Shown piece after piece: positions 10,359 through 19,121 of a stretch of DNA of 42,176 nucleotides (the stretch's first letter is position 1; every line of letters starts with the position of its first letter). The DNA comes from Chitinophaga pinensis (GTDB lineage: Bacteria > Bacteroidota > Bacteroidia > NS11-12g > UBA9320), in the NCBI GenBank assembly GCA_945890595.1, contig CAMDCQ010000001.1, forward strand, positions 1-42,176, written 5' to 3'. The notes below the pieces were generated by a model, which did no database searches, was not told where the DNA came from, and worked only from the letters and a program-made list of their open reading frames with translations. The translations under genes were made by a program, and so were the position numbers.

Positions 10359-10366
10359 CGAAGATA
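10359..10366 (-). promoter_or_regulatory. -7 promoter element 5 nt upstream of the transaldolase ATG
   Basis: Minus strand reads TATCTTCG-CCCTA-ATG (one deviation from TAnnTTTG). Confidence 0.6.
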
Positions 10367-10495
10367 TAGTTTTGGTTGGGGAGTTCTCTATTTTACCGCT
10401 ATAAATTTAAAAATAGAAATGACCATAACACCTCAGGTTGGATGCTAAGCAATAGAAGAATAATAAAGTTGAAGTGTAATTTGAGGATAAAAAAT

Positions 10496-10578
10496 GGCTG
10501 ACATCGCACCGCTACAACCTTTTACCCTTGCTGCATTCCTGCCCTGGGGGAGTTCAAAGGGAGCTGGTCGTGTCAGCC
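10496..10578 (-). ncRNA. ffs: Signal recognition particle RNA (small, 4.5S type)
   Basis: Minus strand GGCTGACA…TGTCAGCC terminal stem enclosing CCCCCAGG-GCA-GGAA-TGC-AGCAAGGG (domain IV with GGAA tetraloop and CAGG/AGCA internal loop); followed by a T run. Confidence 0.92.
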
Positions 10579-10582
10579 GGCA

Positions 10583-10590
10583 CAAATGTA
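10583..10590 (-). promoter_or_regulatory. -7 promoter element of ffs
   Basis: TACATTTG 4 nt upstream of the SRP RNA 5' stem. Confidence 0.8.
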
Positions 10591-10710
10591 AGCAGAGATT
10601 TAGGTTCGGCAATACATTTATAGTAAATTTTTTGAGAGAATTAGCTTAAAAGTGTTGGAACGAAAATACGAGATGATTTATTGAATTTTGGCAAAGGCAC
10701 GAAACGTGGA

Positions 10711-13539
10711 TTACATTTCTAGCGCTAGATACTTTGCGGTATGACCTATGTCACTTTTTATCACATCTTCTGGCGTCCCAGTTACCAGTATTTGACCTCC
10801 CGCATTGCCACCTTCAGGTCCCACATCAATAATCCAATCTGCTACTTTCACTACGTCCAGATTATGCTCTATAACCAGTACGGTATTACCTAAGTCTACT
10901 AAATTTTGAAGAACACCTATTAATTGTTTTATGTCTTCAAAATGAAGTCCCGTAGTAGGTTCGTCTAGAATATAGAATGTTTGTCCGGTACTTATCTTAC
11001 TTAATTCTGTTGCCAGTTTAACCCGTTGGGCCTCTCCTCCAGAAATCGTAGTACTGCTTTGACCAAGAGTTATATAGCCAAGACCAACATCATTAAGTGC
11101 TTTTACTTTTCTATATATGCTTGGTACCGCTTCAAAGAAACCTACTGCTTCTTCTACGGTCATATCTAGCACATCACTAATACTCTTGTTTTTGTACCGT
11201 ATTTCGAGTGTTTCTCTGTTATACCTTTTCCCTTGACATGTCTCGCATTCTACCAGCACGTCAGGAAGAAAATTCATTTCTATCACTTTTTGTCCGCCGC
11301 CACCGCAGGTTTCACATCTCCCGCCTTTTACATTAAAGCTAAAGCGTCCAGGCTTATAGCCCCTTATTTTTGCCTCACCTATTTCCGAATAGAGTGTTCT
11401 AACATCAGAGAAAAATCCAACATAGGTAGCAGGATTACTTCTAGGCGTTCTGCCAATGGGCGACTGATCGATGGTAATTACCTTATCTATGTACTCTAAA
11501 CCTTTTACTTTATCATAAGGCAAGGGTTTTTTATTGGAATTATATACGTATTCAGAAAGTATAGGATGGAGCGTTTCATTTATCAAACTACTTTTACCGC
11601 TACCTGAAACGCCGGTTACGGCAATCAGTTTGCCTAATGGGAATTCTGCTGTTACATTTTTTAAATTATTACCGGTACAACCGCTTAGCACCAACTTCTT
11701 CCCTGTCCCCTTTCTCCTTTCAGTGGGGATTTCTATTTTTCGCTGACCTCCTAAATAATCAGAAGTGACAGTCCCGTTATTTTTGATGTCTTCCCATTTG
11801 CCCGCTGCGACAATCTCTCCGCCGTTTTTGCCCGCTCCAGGACCAATATCTACCACAAAGTCACTTTCTAAGATCATATCTCTATCGTGTTCCACTACGA
11901 TTACAGAATTGCCAATATCTCTTAATTCCTTAAGCGAATTGATAAGTCGCTTATTATCTCGTTGATGTAAACCTATACTAGGTTCATCTAATATATAAAG
12001 TACTTCTTCTAGTTGAGATCCTATTTGTGTTGCTAGTCGTATTCGTTGTGCCTCTCCTCCACTGAGCGTTTTTGAAGAATTATTTAGTGATAGATAAGAA
12101 AGGCCAACATCCAACAAAAACTTAACGCGCTCACGTATTTCTTTCAAAACTTCAGCCCCAATGGTAAGTTGTCTTTCACTCATGGTTGCCTCAACGGTGG
12201 TAAGCCATTCGTATAGCTCACTAATACTCATATTGCTCAAGTTGGCAATATTTAGTTCTCCAATTTTATATGAAAGCGCTTCTTTATTTAATCTCCCTCC
12301 ATGACAAGTGCGACAAGGCACTACGGTCATAAATTCATCCGCCCATCTACTAAGTGTCCCAAAATCTTTTTCAAAATAGGCCTCCATAAGCGAGGGAACG
12401 ACCCCTTTCCATTGGGTCTCATAAACCTGTTTATAACCCGAACTCCCTTTATATTCAACCTCAAATTTTTCTTCAGAACCATGAAGAATAATATTTAATA
12501 TCTCTCTATCCATCTCTGCTAATGGTTTAGACATATTAAACTTCAACTTTTTGCTCATTGCTTTTAGTTGCGTAAAGGTCCAATTATCTTTAACCTCACC
12601 CAAAGGAGCTAATCCCCCTTTATTTATACTTAATTTTGGGTTTGGTATAAGATCCTTTTCAAGTACATCAGATGAGGTTCCTAATCCGTCGCATGCAGTG
12701 CAAGCGCCATAAGGTGAGTTAAACGAAAAAAGATTAGGTTGGGCTTCATTGTAAGAAAGACCTGTTTCCACATCCATCAAGTACTTACTAAAGTGAGTGA
12801 GTTCTTTGGTCTCTGGATTTAAAACACTAACCACTCCTTTGCCCATTTTAATGGCTGCCCGTATGGAATCTGTAACTCTTAGGCTTCCTGCATCTTCAGG
12901 GCTAATGCGATCTATCACTAAGTCGATATCATGGATTTTATATCGATCTAGCTGCATGCCCGGCTCAATATCCAAAAGCTCGCCATCCACCCAAACTTTT
13001 GTATACCCTCTTTTTCGATACTGCTCAAAAATTTCTCTGTAATGTCCTTTTCTACCTTTGATTAAAGGTGCTAGAATCATCATTTTTTGAACCGCGAATT
13101 TCTCGTTTACAGCATTAATAATTTCTTGCTCCGTAAAGCTCTTCATTCTATTTCCACTGAGATAAGAATAGGCTTCACCCGCTCGGGCAAAAAGTAATCT
13201 CAAGAAATCATAAACCTCGGTAATTGTTCCCACAGTACTTCGGGGGTTCTTGCTTACGGTTTTTTGCTCTATGGCTATGACAGGACTTAACCCTTCGATT
13301 TTATCTACATCGGGTCGCTTCATATCGCCAACGAATTGACGTGCATAAGCTGAAAAAGTATCCATATACCTCCGCTGCCCTTCGGCAAAAATAGTATCGA
13401 ACGCTAGACTAGACTTGCCGCTGCCACTGAGTCCAGTGAAAACTACTAGTTTGTGACGCGGTATCTCTAAATCTACATTCTTCAGATTGTGCTCGCGTGC
13501 ACCTATTATTTTTATGGAATCTTGCTCGTTGATGATCGT
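10711..13539 (-). CDS. uvrA: Excinuclease ABC subunit A (start extended beyond the ORF track; probably non-canonical)
   Basis: The frame continues upstream of 13365 through IKIIGAREHNLKNV…FTGLSGSGKSSLAFDTIFAEGQRRY; two ABC signatures (LSGGEAQR, ISGGEAQR) and CxxC zinc sites. The exact start (ACG 13539, ATC 13536 or 13533) is inferred. Confidence 0.96.
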   Translation of the reverse strand, partial: TIINEQDSIKIIGAREHNLKNVDLEIPRHKLVVFTGLSGSGKSSLAFDTIFAEGQRRYMDTFSAYARQFVGDMKRPDVDKIEGLSPVIAIEQKTVSKNPRSTVGTITEVYDFLRLLFARAGEAYSYLSGNRMKSFTEQEIINAVNEKFAVQKMMILAPLIKGRKGHYREIFEQYRKRGYTKVWVDGELLDIEPGMQLDRYKIHDIDLVIDRISPEDAGSLRVTDSIRAAIKMGKGVVSVLNPETKELTHFSKYLMDVETGLSYNEAQPNLFSFNSPYGACTACDGLGTSSDVLEKDLIPNPKLSINKGGLAPLGEVKDNWTFTQLKAMSKKLKFNMSKPLAEMDREILNIILHGSEEKFEVEYKGSSGYKQVYETQWKGVVPSLMEAYFEKDFGTLSRWADEFMTVVPCRTCHGGRLNKEALSYKIGELNIANLSNMSISELYEWLTTVEATMSERQLTIGAEVLKEIRERVKFLLDVGLSYLSLNNSSKTLSGGEAQRIRLATQIGSQLEEVLYILDEPSIGLHQRDNKRLINSLKELRDIGNSVIVVEHDRDMILESDFVVDIGPGAGKNGGEIVAAGKWEDIKNNGTVTSDYLGGQRKIEIPTERRKGTGKKLVLSGCTGNNLKNVTAEFPLGKLIAVTGVSGSGKSSLINETLHPILSEYVYNSNKKPLPYDKVKGLEYIDKVITIDQSPIGRTPRSNPATYVGFFSDVRTLYSEIGEAKIRGYKPGRFSFNVKGGRCETCGGGGQKVIEMNFLPDVLVECETCQGKRYNRETLEIRYKNKSISDVLDMTVEEAVGFFEAVPSIYRKVKALNDVGLGYITLGQSSTTISGGEAQRVKLATELSKISTGQTFYILDEPTTGLHFEDIKQLIGVLQNLVDLGNTVLVIEHNLDVVKVADWIIDVGPEGGNAGGQILVTGTPEDVIKSDIGHTAKYLALEM

Positions 13540-13555
13540 ATTTTTTAGAAGTCTG

Positions 13556-13563
13556 CGAAGGTA
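13556..13563 (-). promoter_or_regulatory. -7 promoter element for uvrA
   Basis: TACCTTCG followed by an A-rich leader CAGACTTCTAAAAAAT. Confidence 0.6.
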
Positions 13564-13700
13564 CTTATTCTTCCGGTATGACGATTAAAGGATTATAAAA
13601 TAGTTATGGCATGTATGCACGACAAAAAAGAAGCCTTGATCAGAATTCTTTTTACTCAACTAAACGTCAGTATTCGACAAGTAATTGCTTTTTGACTGAC

Positions 13701-16472
13701 TTACATTACCACATTTACTATTCTTCCAGGCACCACAATTATCTTCTTAGGTGCTTGACCATCTAACCATTTTTGTACGGTTTCGTCTGCCAATACATTT
13801 TTCTCAATTTCTTCCTTGCTCATATCCAGCGGAAACTCCAAGTTCGTTCTTGTTTTACCATTTATAGATATAGGATAAAGCTTGGTGCTTTCCACCAACT
13901 TGCTCGCATCATAATCTGGCCACTTGGCATCTGCTATAAATCCTTCGTTACCTAAAGCTGACCATAGTTCTTCTGTGATATGTGGTGCAAAAGGAGCTAA
14001 TAAAACCAAAATTTGATCCAGTATTTCTTTGCTTCGGCAGTTCTGTGCGCCTAATTCATTGATGCAAATCATAAACTGAGCTACCGACGTGTTGAACGAG
14101 AAGCTATCGATATCATCGCTGATCTTCTTTATAGTTTTATGCAATGTTTTAACAGACTCCGCGCTTGGTGCTTCGGTGTTCCAAATTATATTTCCGTCTG
14201 TGTCAAAGAATAAGGCCCAAAGTTTTTTCAAAAATCGGTACGTACCGTCTATTCCTTTGGTACTCCAAGGCTTACTATCTTCCAGTGGGCCCAGAAACAT
14301 TTCATACAATCTAAGTGTATCTGCACCGTATTCTTCGCACACATCATCGGGGTTTACGACGTTAAACTTAGACTTAGACATTTTCTCCACTTGTGTTTTG
14401 AGATGAATAAGATTGTCTTTATCCGCTACTTTAGAAAAATCTATCTTCTCAAATCGATTATCCAAGGTTTGAAGTTCTATAAATTTATCCTGAGACAATG
14501 TCGCATCCTTACTTGCTAAATTTACGGGCACATGCAATTCCACGCCATTAGCTTCTAAAATCATGCTTTCCCCTTGTATCATCCCTTGATTTACCAATTT
14601 CTTAAACGGCTCGTCAAATGATATAAATTCTTTATCGAACAAGAATTTTGTCCAAAATCTACTATAGAGTAAATGGCCAGTTGCATGCTCTGTTCCTCCG
14701 ATATATAAGTCTACTTGATTCCAATATTCCAAACTTTCTTTCCCGGCAAATTCAGTATTGTTATTGGGATCCATATACCGAAGAAAATACCAGCTACTAC
14801 CTGCGTATCCTGGCATGGTATCCGTTTCTCTTCTGCCATTTAAGGTATTGACCCAAGCTTCGTTATTGGCGAGTGGACTCTCTCCTGTTCCTTTTGCTTC
14901 ATAACTATCCACAGGGGGCAGCTCCACAGGTAGCTCATTAATTACCGTAGGCACACCATCTCGGTGTATAATGGGGAATGGTTCACCCCAATAACGTTGA
15001 CGACTATAACCCGCATCACGCAGCTTATAATTTATTTTTTGAGTGCCAAAACCACGCTCTTCCGCCAACTGTATAATGGCACGCATCCCTTCCTTTACAG
15101 TAAGTCGGTCAAAGTTCTCACTGTTCATTAATCGCCCTTCTTTGGCATCGTATGGCAATTGGATATCGTCATTAGGAGCAGAATTCATTGATTCTACCAC
15201 TTGTATTATTTCCAAATCAAACTTCTGAGCGAAGGCATAATCTCGTTCATCATGAGCAGGAACTGCCATGATTGCGCCAGTCCCATATCCGCTCAAGACA
15301 TACTCAGAAATGTAAATGGGAAGTTTTTTGTGTGTAAATGGATGAATAGCAAAAGCTCCTGTAAAAATACCACTTACCGTTTTATCCTTTTTACGCTCTA
15401 ACTCCGATTTATTATTGGCAATTTCCGCATAGGCTTCTGTCTCTTGTCGCTGTGCCGCAGTTGTAATTTTTTGGACTAACTCGTGGTCTGGCGCAAGGAC
15501 CATAAACGTGCAGCCGAAGATGGTATCTGGTCGTGTAGTAAATACCTCAATAGCTTGCGATGTATTCTGACTTGCTCCTTCAACCTGATCATTAACAACC
15601 GTAAATGATATAGATGCCCCTTCACTTCTGCCTATCCAATTACGTTGTGTCTCTTTTATACTGTCGCTCCAATCTATTCTATTTAGTCCTTCGATCAATC
15701 GGTCTGCATATGCCGTAATTCGCAGGTACCATTGCTTCATTATCTTTTGAGTCACTGGATAGCCGCCCCGTTCAGAAAGACCATTTTTAACCTCATCATT
15801 AGCCAATACCGTTCCAAGCTCTTCGCACCAATTAACCGTAGTTTCTTTTTGAAATGCTAACCTGTAGCATTGTAAAACGACCTCTTTCTCTTGCTTTGTT
15901 TTTCGTTCCCAATCTTCTGCAGTAAAATTTACTAATTCATCTCCTGCATGTTGAACGTTTACATTCCCTTCATTTTCAAAAATAGTAATAAGCGCATTTA
16001 TACTTTCTGCCTTCTCAGTTTTTGCATTGTACCAGGACTCAAAAAGTTGGATAAATATCCATTGAGTCCATTTATAATAAGACGGATCTGTAGTCCTTAC
16101 TTCTCTGTCCCAATCATAGCAAAATCCTATTCTATTTAACTGTTCTTTGTAGCGCGCCAAATTTTCTTCTGTGGTAATCGCTGGATGTTGGCCCGTTTGA
16201 ATAGCGTATTGCTCGGCCGGCAAACCAAATGCATCAAAACCCATCGGGTGAAGTACATTAAACCCATTCAATCTCTTATAACGAGCAACGATATCAGACG
16301 CTATATATCCTAGTGGATGACCAACGTGCAATCCGGCTCCACTTGGATACGGGAACATATCCAAAGCATAATATTTAGGTTTACGATGGTCTAAAGTTGT
16401 TTTATAAATTTGCTTAGCAGACCATTCCGCTTGCCACTTAGCTTCTACTGATTTAAAATCGTATGAACTCAT
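13701..16472 (-). CDS. leuS: Leucine--tRNA ligase
   Basis: MFPYPSGAGLHVGH (HIGH motif), FTTRPDT and GTGAIMAVPAHD editing domain, KMSKS. Confidence 0.99.
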   Translation of the reverse strand: MSSYDFKSVEAKWQAEWSAKQIYKTTLDHRKPKYYALDMFPYPSGAGLHVGHPLGYIASDIVARYKRLNGFNVLHPMGFDAFGLPAEQYAIQTGQHPAITTEENLARYKEQLNRIGFCYDWDREVRTTDPSYYKWTQWIFIQLFESWYNAKTEKAESINALITIFENEGNVNVQHAGDELVNFTAEDWERKTKQEKEVVLQCYRLAFQKETTVNWCEELGTVLANDEVKNGLSERGGYPVTQKIMKQWYLRITAYADRLIEGLNRIDWSDSIKETQRNWIGRSEGASISFTVVNDQVEGASQNTSQAIEVFTTRPDTIFGCTFMVLAPDHELVQKITTAAQRQETEAYAEIANNKSELERKKDKTVSGIFTGAFAIHPFTHKKLPIYISEYVLSGYGTGAIMAVPAHDERDYAFAQKFDLEIIQVVESMNSAPNDDIQLPYDAKEGRLMNSENFDRLTVKEGMRAIIQLAEERGFGTQKINYKLRDAGYSRQRYWGEPFPIIHRDGVPTVINELPVELPPVDSYEAKGTGESPLANNEAWVNTLNGRRETDTMPGYAGSSWYFLRYMDPNNNTEFAGKESLEYWNQVDLYIGGTEHATGHLLYSRFWTKFLFDKEFISFDEPFKKLVNQGMIQGESMILEANGVELHVPVNLASKDATLSQDKFIELQTLDNRFEKIDFSKVADKDNLIHLKTQVEKMSKSKFNVVNPDDVCEEYGADTLRLYEMFLGPLEDSKPWSTKGIDGTYRFLKKLWALFFDTDGNIIWNTEAPSAESVKTLHKTIKKISDDIDSFSFNTSVAQFMICINELGAQNCRSKEILDQILVLLAPFAPHITEELWSALGNEGFIADAKWPDYDASKLVESTKLYPISINGKTRTNLEFPLDMSKEEIEKNVLADETVQKWLDGQAPKKIIVVPGRIVNVVM

Positions 16473-16493
16473 TAATTTCTATTGAAAAGTGGG

Positions 16494-16501
16494 CAAATGT
16501 A
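16494..16501 (-). promoter_or_regulatory. -7 promoter element for leuS
   Basis: TACATTTG, 21 nt upstream of the ATG. Confidence 0.75.
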
Positions 16502-16762
16502 GCAGAACCTAAACTATTTCACGGATATCTTATTGATTTTTGAAATCCATTGAAGCGCTGACACTCTCGATTTTTAAGAGACCAAACACAGACTGTGCAA
16601 AGAATTTTAAAACAGAAGATCACAACTTTTGCACGTGTTTATCGGTACTATTTAAGGTTTGTAAATCTGAATACGATACAACGTAATATGTTTCTATCAC
16701 CCTCAATATGAGTACTATAGAACAACATTTGTCAGAAAAGTAGTAACAAAACATTTTGATGC

Positions 16763-16770
16763 TATTTTTG
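16763..16770 (+). promoter_or_regulatory. -7 promoter element for DUF3098-uppP
   Basis: TATTTTTG, 80 nt upstream of ATG 16851. Confidence 0.55.
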
Positions 16771-16850
16771 CGCTTTATTGCTCCGAAAGCATTCTCATTA
16801 CTGAGAACGTCGTCATGAGAATTAAAACATAAGTATTTAACAAAAACACA

Positions 16851-17090
16851 ATGGCAAAAACAAAAAATACATCCACGGAAACAAGCAACATGTCAAAAGG
16901 ACAATTCGTATTTGGCAAACAAAATTATTATTTACTGCTCGCTTCGTTAGCCGTAGTGATTGTTGGCTTTATTATTATGTATGGAAAAGACGGAGATATT
17001 TATGACTTCAGACGAACAACGCTTGCTCCTATAGTAGTAGTTAGCGGTTTTGTACTTGGCATTTTTTCTATTTTCAAAAAAGCTAAATAA
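16851..17090 (+). CDS. DUF3098 family small membrane protein
   Basis: FVFGKQNY + TM + FRRTTLAP + TM; directly upstream of uppP. Confidence 0.85.
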   Translation: MAKTKNTSTETSNMSKGQFVFGKQNYYLLLASLAVVIVGFIIMYGKDGDIYDFRRTTLAPIVVVSGFVLGIFSIFKKAK

Positions 17091-17884
17091 TGACTGTAAT
17101 AGAGTCATTGTTGCTTGGTGTTATTCAAGGACTTACTGAATTTTTACCCGTTAGCAGTAGCGGACACATAGAAATAGGCCAAGCACTATTAGGTACTGAA
17201 AGCTTAAAAGACCAAGAAGAATTGCTAAGTGTGGTATTACATGCTGCAACGGCTTTGGCCACTATTTTTGTTTTTCGTAAAGACATTCTCGCTATCATAA
17301 CCGGCTTGTTTAGCAAAGATTCTACAGAATCTAGAAAATTCGCTCTTTTTGTAGTAGCCTCAATGGTTCCAGCAGCCTTTGTTGGTCTTTTTTTTGATGA
17401 TTTATTGCAACAGTTATTTGAAGGCCAATTAATCTTAGTATGTGCAATGCTTTTACTCACGGGGGTATTATTACTCTTTGCAGACAAAGCAAAAATAAAA
17501 CACAATCAAGAACTTACCTTGGGCAAAGCCGTCATAATTGGCATAGCTCAAGCCATTGCCATCTTGCCAGGGATATCGCGTTCTGGAGCTACTATTTCTA
17601 CCTCTATTTTACTCAACATCGACAAAGCGCAAGCAGCACGTTTTTCTTTTTTAATGGTAATTCCCTTGATACTAGGAAAAATGGCAAAGGATATTTTAGA
17701 CGGAAAACTTCATTTAACGGAAGAGTTAGTAATGCCGTTTAGTGTGGGATTTATCGCCGCGCTTATCTCTGGAATATTTGCATGCCAATGGATGATTGCC
17801 ATTGTTAAAAGAAGTAAACTTTCTTATTTTGCCTATTACTGCTGGGCGGTTGGTACTATTGGTTTAGTGTACGCTTTAGTTTAG
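17090..17884 (+). CDS. uppP: Undecaprenyl-diphosphate phosphatase
   Basis: QGLTEFLPVSSSGH and AILPGISRSGAT BacA motifs; multiple TM segments. Confidence 0.97.
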   Translation: MTVIESLLLGVIQGLTEFLPVSSSGHIEIGQALLGTESLKDQEELLSVVLHAATALATIFVFRKDILAIITGLFSKDSTESRKFALFVVASMVPAAFVGLFFDDLLQQLFEGQLILVCAMLLLTGVLLLFADKAKIKHNQELTLGKAVIIGIAQAIAILPGISRSGATISTSILLNIDKAQAARFSFLMVIPLILGKMAKDILDGKLHLTEELVMPFSVGFIAALISGIFACQWMIAIVKRSKLSYFAYYCWAVGTIGLVYALV

Positions 17885-18265
17885 AACAAACTTCGGCAGC
17901 AGAACCATTGCAGGCACATCTACCTCAAACTCCTCTCTACTTTTTAGTTCACAAAAGGTAAAGAAGCCATTCATGGTACCATAGTCACCACTTAACGGAC
18001 ACCAAGATTCATATTCAAATTTTTCACCTGGCTTTAATTTAGGTTGTTGGCCAATTACTCCTTCACCTTCTACCTCTCGCTCTCCAAATAACCCATCTGT
18101 GATGTACCAATGTCTTCTCAATAGTTGTACCGCATGCGCAGATCTATTTAAAATGGTAATATGATAACTAAAAACATAAGACGCACCGCTAAGACGTTGA
18201 TCGGTTTCGTGCGTGGGAATTGCGATAATTTCAACCGTTTTGGCTATTTCGTTTAAGATACTCAC
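17876..18265 (-). CDS. apaG: ApaG domain protein
   Basis: YVFSYHITI, QLLRRHWYITD, VEGEGVIGQQP, GTMNG; GTG start. Confidence 0.93.
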   Translation of the reverse strand: MSILNEIAKTVEIIAIPTHETDQRLSGASYVFSYHITILNRSAHAVQLLRRHWYITDGLFGEREVEGEGVIGQQPKLKPGEKFEYESWCPLSGDYGTMNGFFTFCELKSREEFEVDVPAMVLLPKFVLN

Positions 18266-18420
18266 TATTTGATACCTGCAAGTAAACTACAAGCAAATGA
18301 GAAAAACTATTTTTAGCGTGTTAAATATGGTCAAAAAATAAAACATGTAGATCGCACACTATTTATTAGTCCGCTATCATTCGAAAGTAAAAAAAAAACC
18401 GTTGCTTTGTCCTGCACTTC

Positions 18421-19026
18421 ATGAGCACCTCTTCTAATCTTATAAACAAAGCCGTTGAGCAATTATCTCGTTTCCCGGGAATTGGTCAAAAAAGTGCGTT
18501 GCGCATGGCTTTGTATTTACTGAAAAGACCCGATACTGAGGCAATGGAGCTTAGTCAAGCGATTTTGAAAATGCGTACCGAGATTAAATTTTGTGTTAAA
18601 TGTTATAACATTAGCGATGCTGACATTTGCAATGTTTGTGCTTCTCCTAGTAAAGATTCAAGTATTGTTTGTGTAGTAAAAGATTTTCAAGATGTACTTG
18701 CTATTGAAAACACAGGACAATACAACGGGCATTTTCATGTTTTAGGTGGCTTAATATCACCCGTAGATGGCATCGGTCCCAGTGATGTGAGAGTACCCGA
18801 ATTACTACAAAGAGCAGCAACAGGAGAAATTAAAGAAGCTATTTTAGCACTAAGTAGCACATTAGAAGGAGACACCACCGAATATTACATTGCAAAAAAA
18901 TTAGGAGAAATCGGGGTAAAAGTGACTACGTTAAGCAAAGGAATTGCCGTAGGCGGAGAGCTAGAGTATGCTGATGAAATGACACTTGCACGCTCCATCC
19001 GAAATAGAGTAAGCTTAGAATCATAG
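18421..19026 (+). CDS. recR: Recombination mediator RecR
   Basis: HhH (FPGIGQKSALR), C4 zinc finger CVKC…CNVC, Toprim (HVLGGLISP), GGELEYAD. Confidence 0.97.
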   Translation: MSTSSNLINKAVEQLSRFPGIGQKSALRMALYLLKRPDTEAMELSQAILKMRTEIKFCVKCYNISDADICNVCASPSKDSSIVCVVKDFQDVLAIENTGQYNGHFHVLGGLISPVDGIGPSDVRVPELLQRAATGEIKEAILALSSTLEGDTTEYYIAKKLGEIGVKVTTLSKGIAVGGELEYADEMTLARSIRNRVSLES

Positions 19027-19121
19027 TACACTACTATTTTTTTTAATAATTCTACCCTTATTACCATAAAATCTATAATTATTATAATGTTATTTGCATC
19101 GCAAATAGTTATAGTACAAAA

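Noticed and set aside
13625..13653. AAAAAGAA…TTCTTTTT inverted repeat after leuS
   Set aside because: The stem is almost entirely A/T and the centre does not pair; too weak to call a terminator
11233..16139. Many short plus-strand ORFs within uvrA and leuS
   Set aside because: Antisense shadows with no independent expression signals
16473..16501. Possible T-box or attenuator for leuS
   Set aside because: The predicted leader is only about 16 nt and has no T-box motif
18389..18398. A10 homopolymer between the apaG and recR promoters as a phase-variation tract
   Set aside because: Plausible by chance in AT-rich intergenic DNA and flanked by housekeeping genes; no length-variation evidence is available
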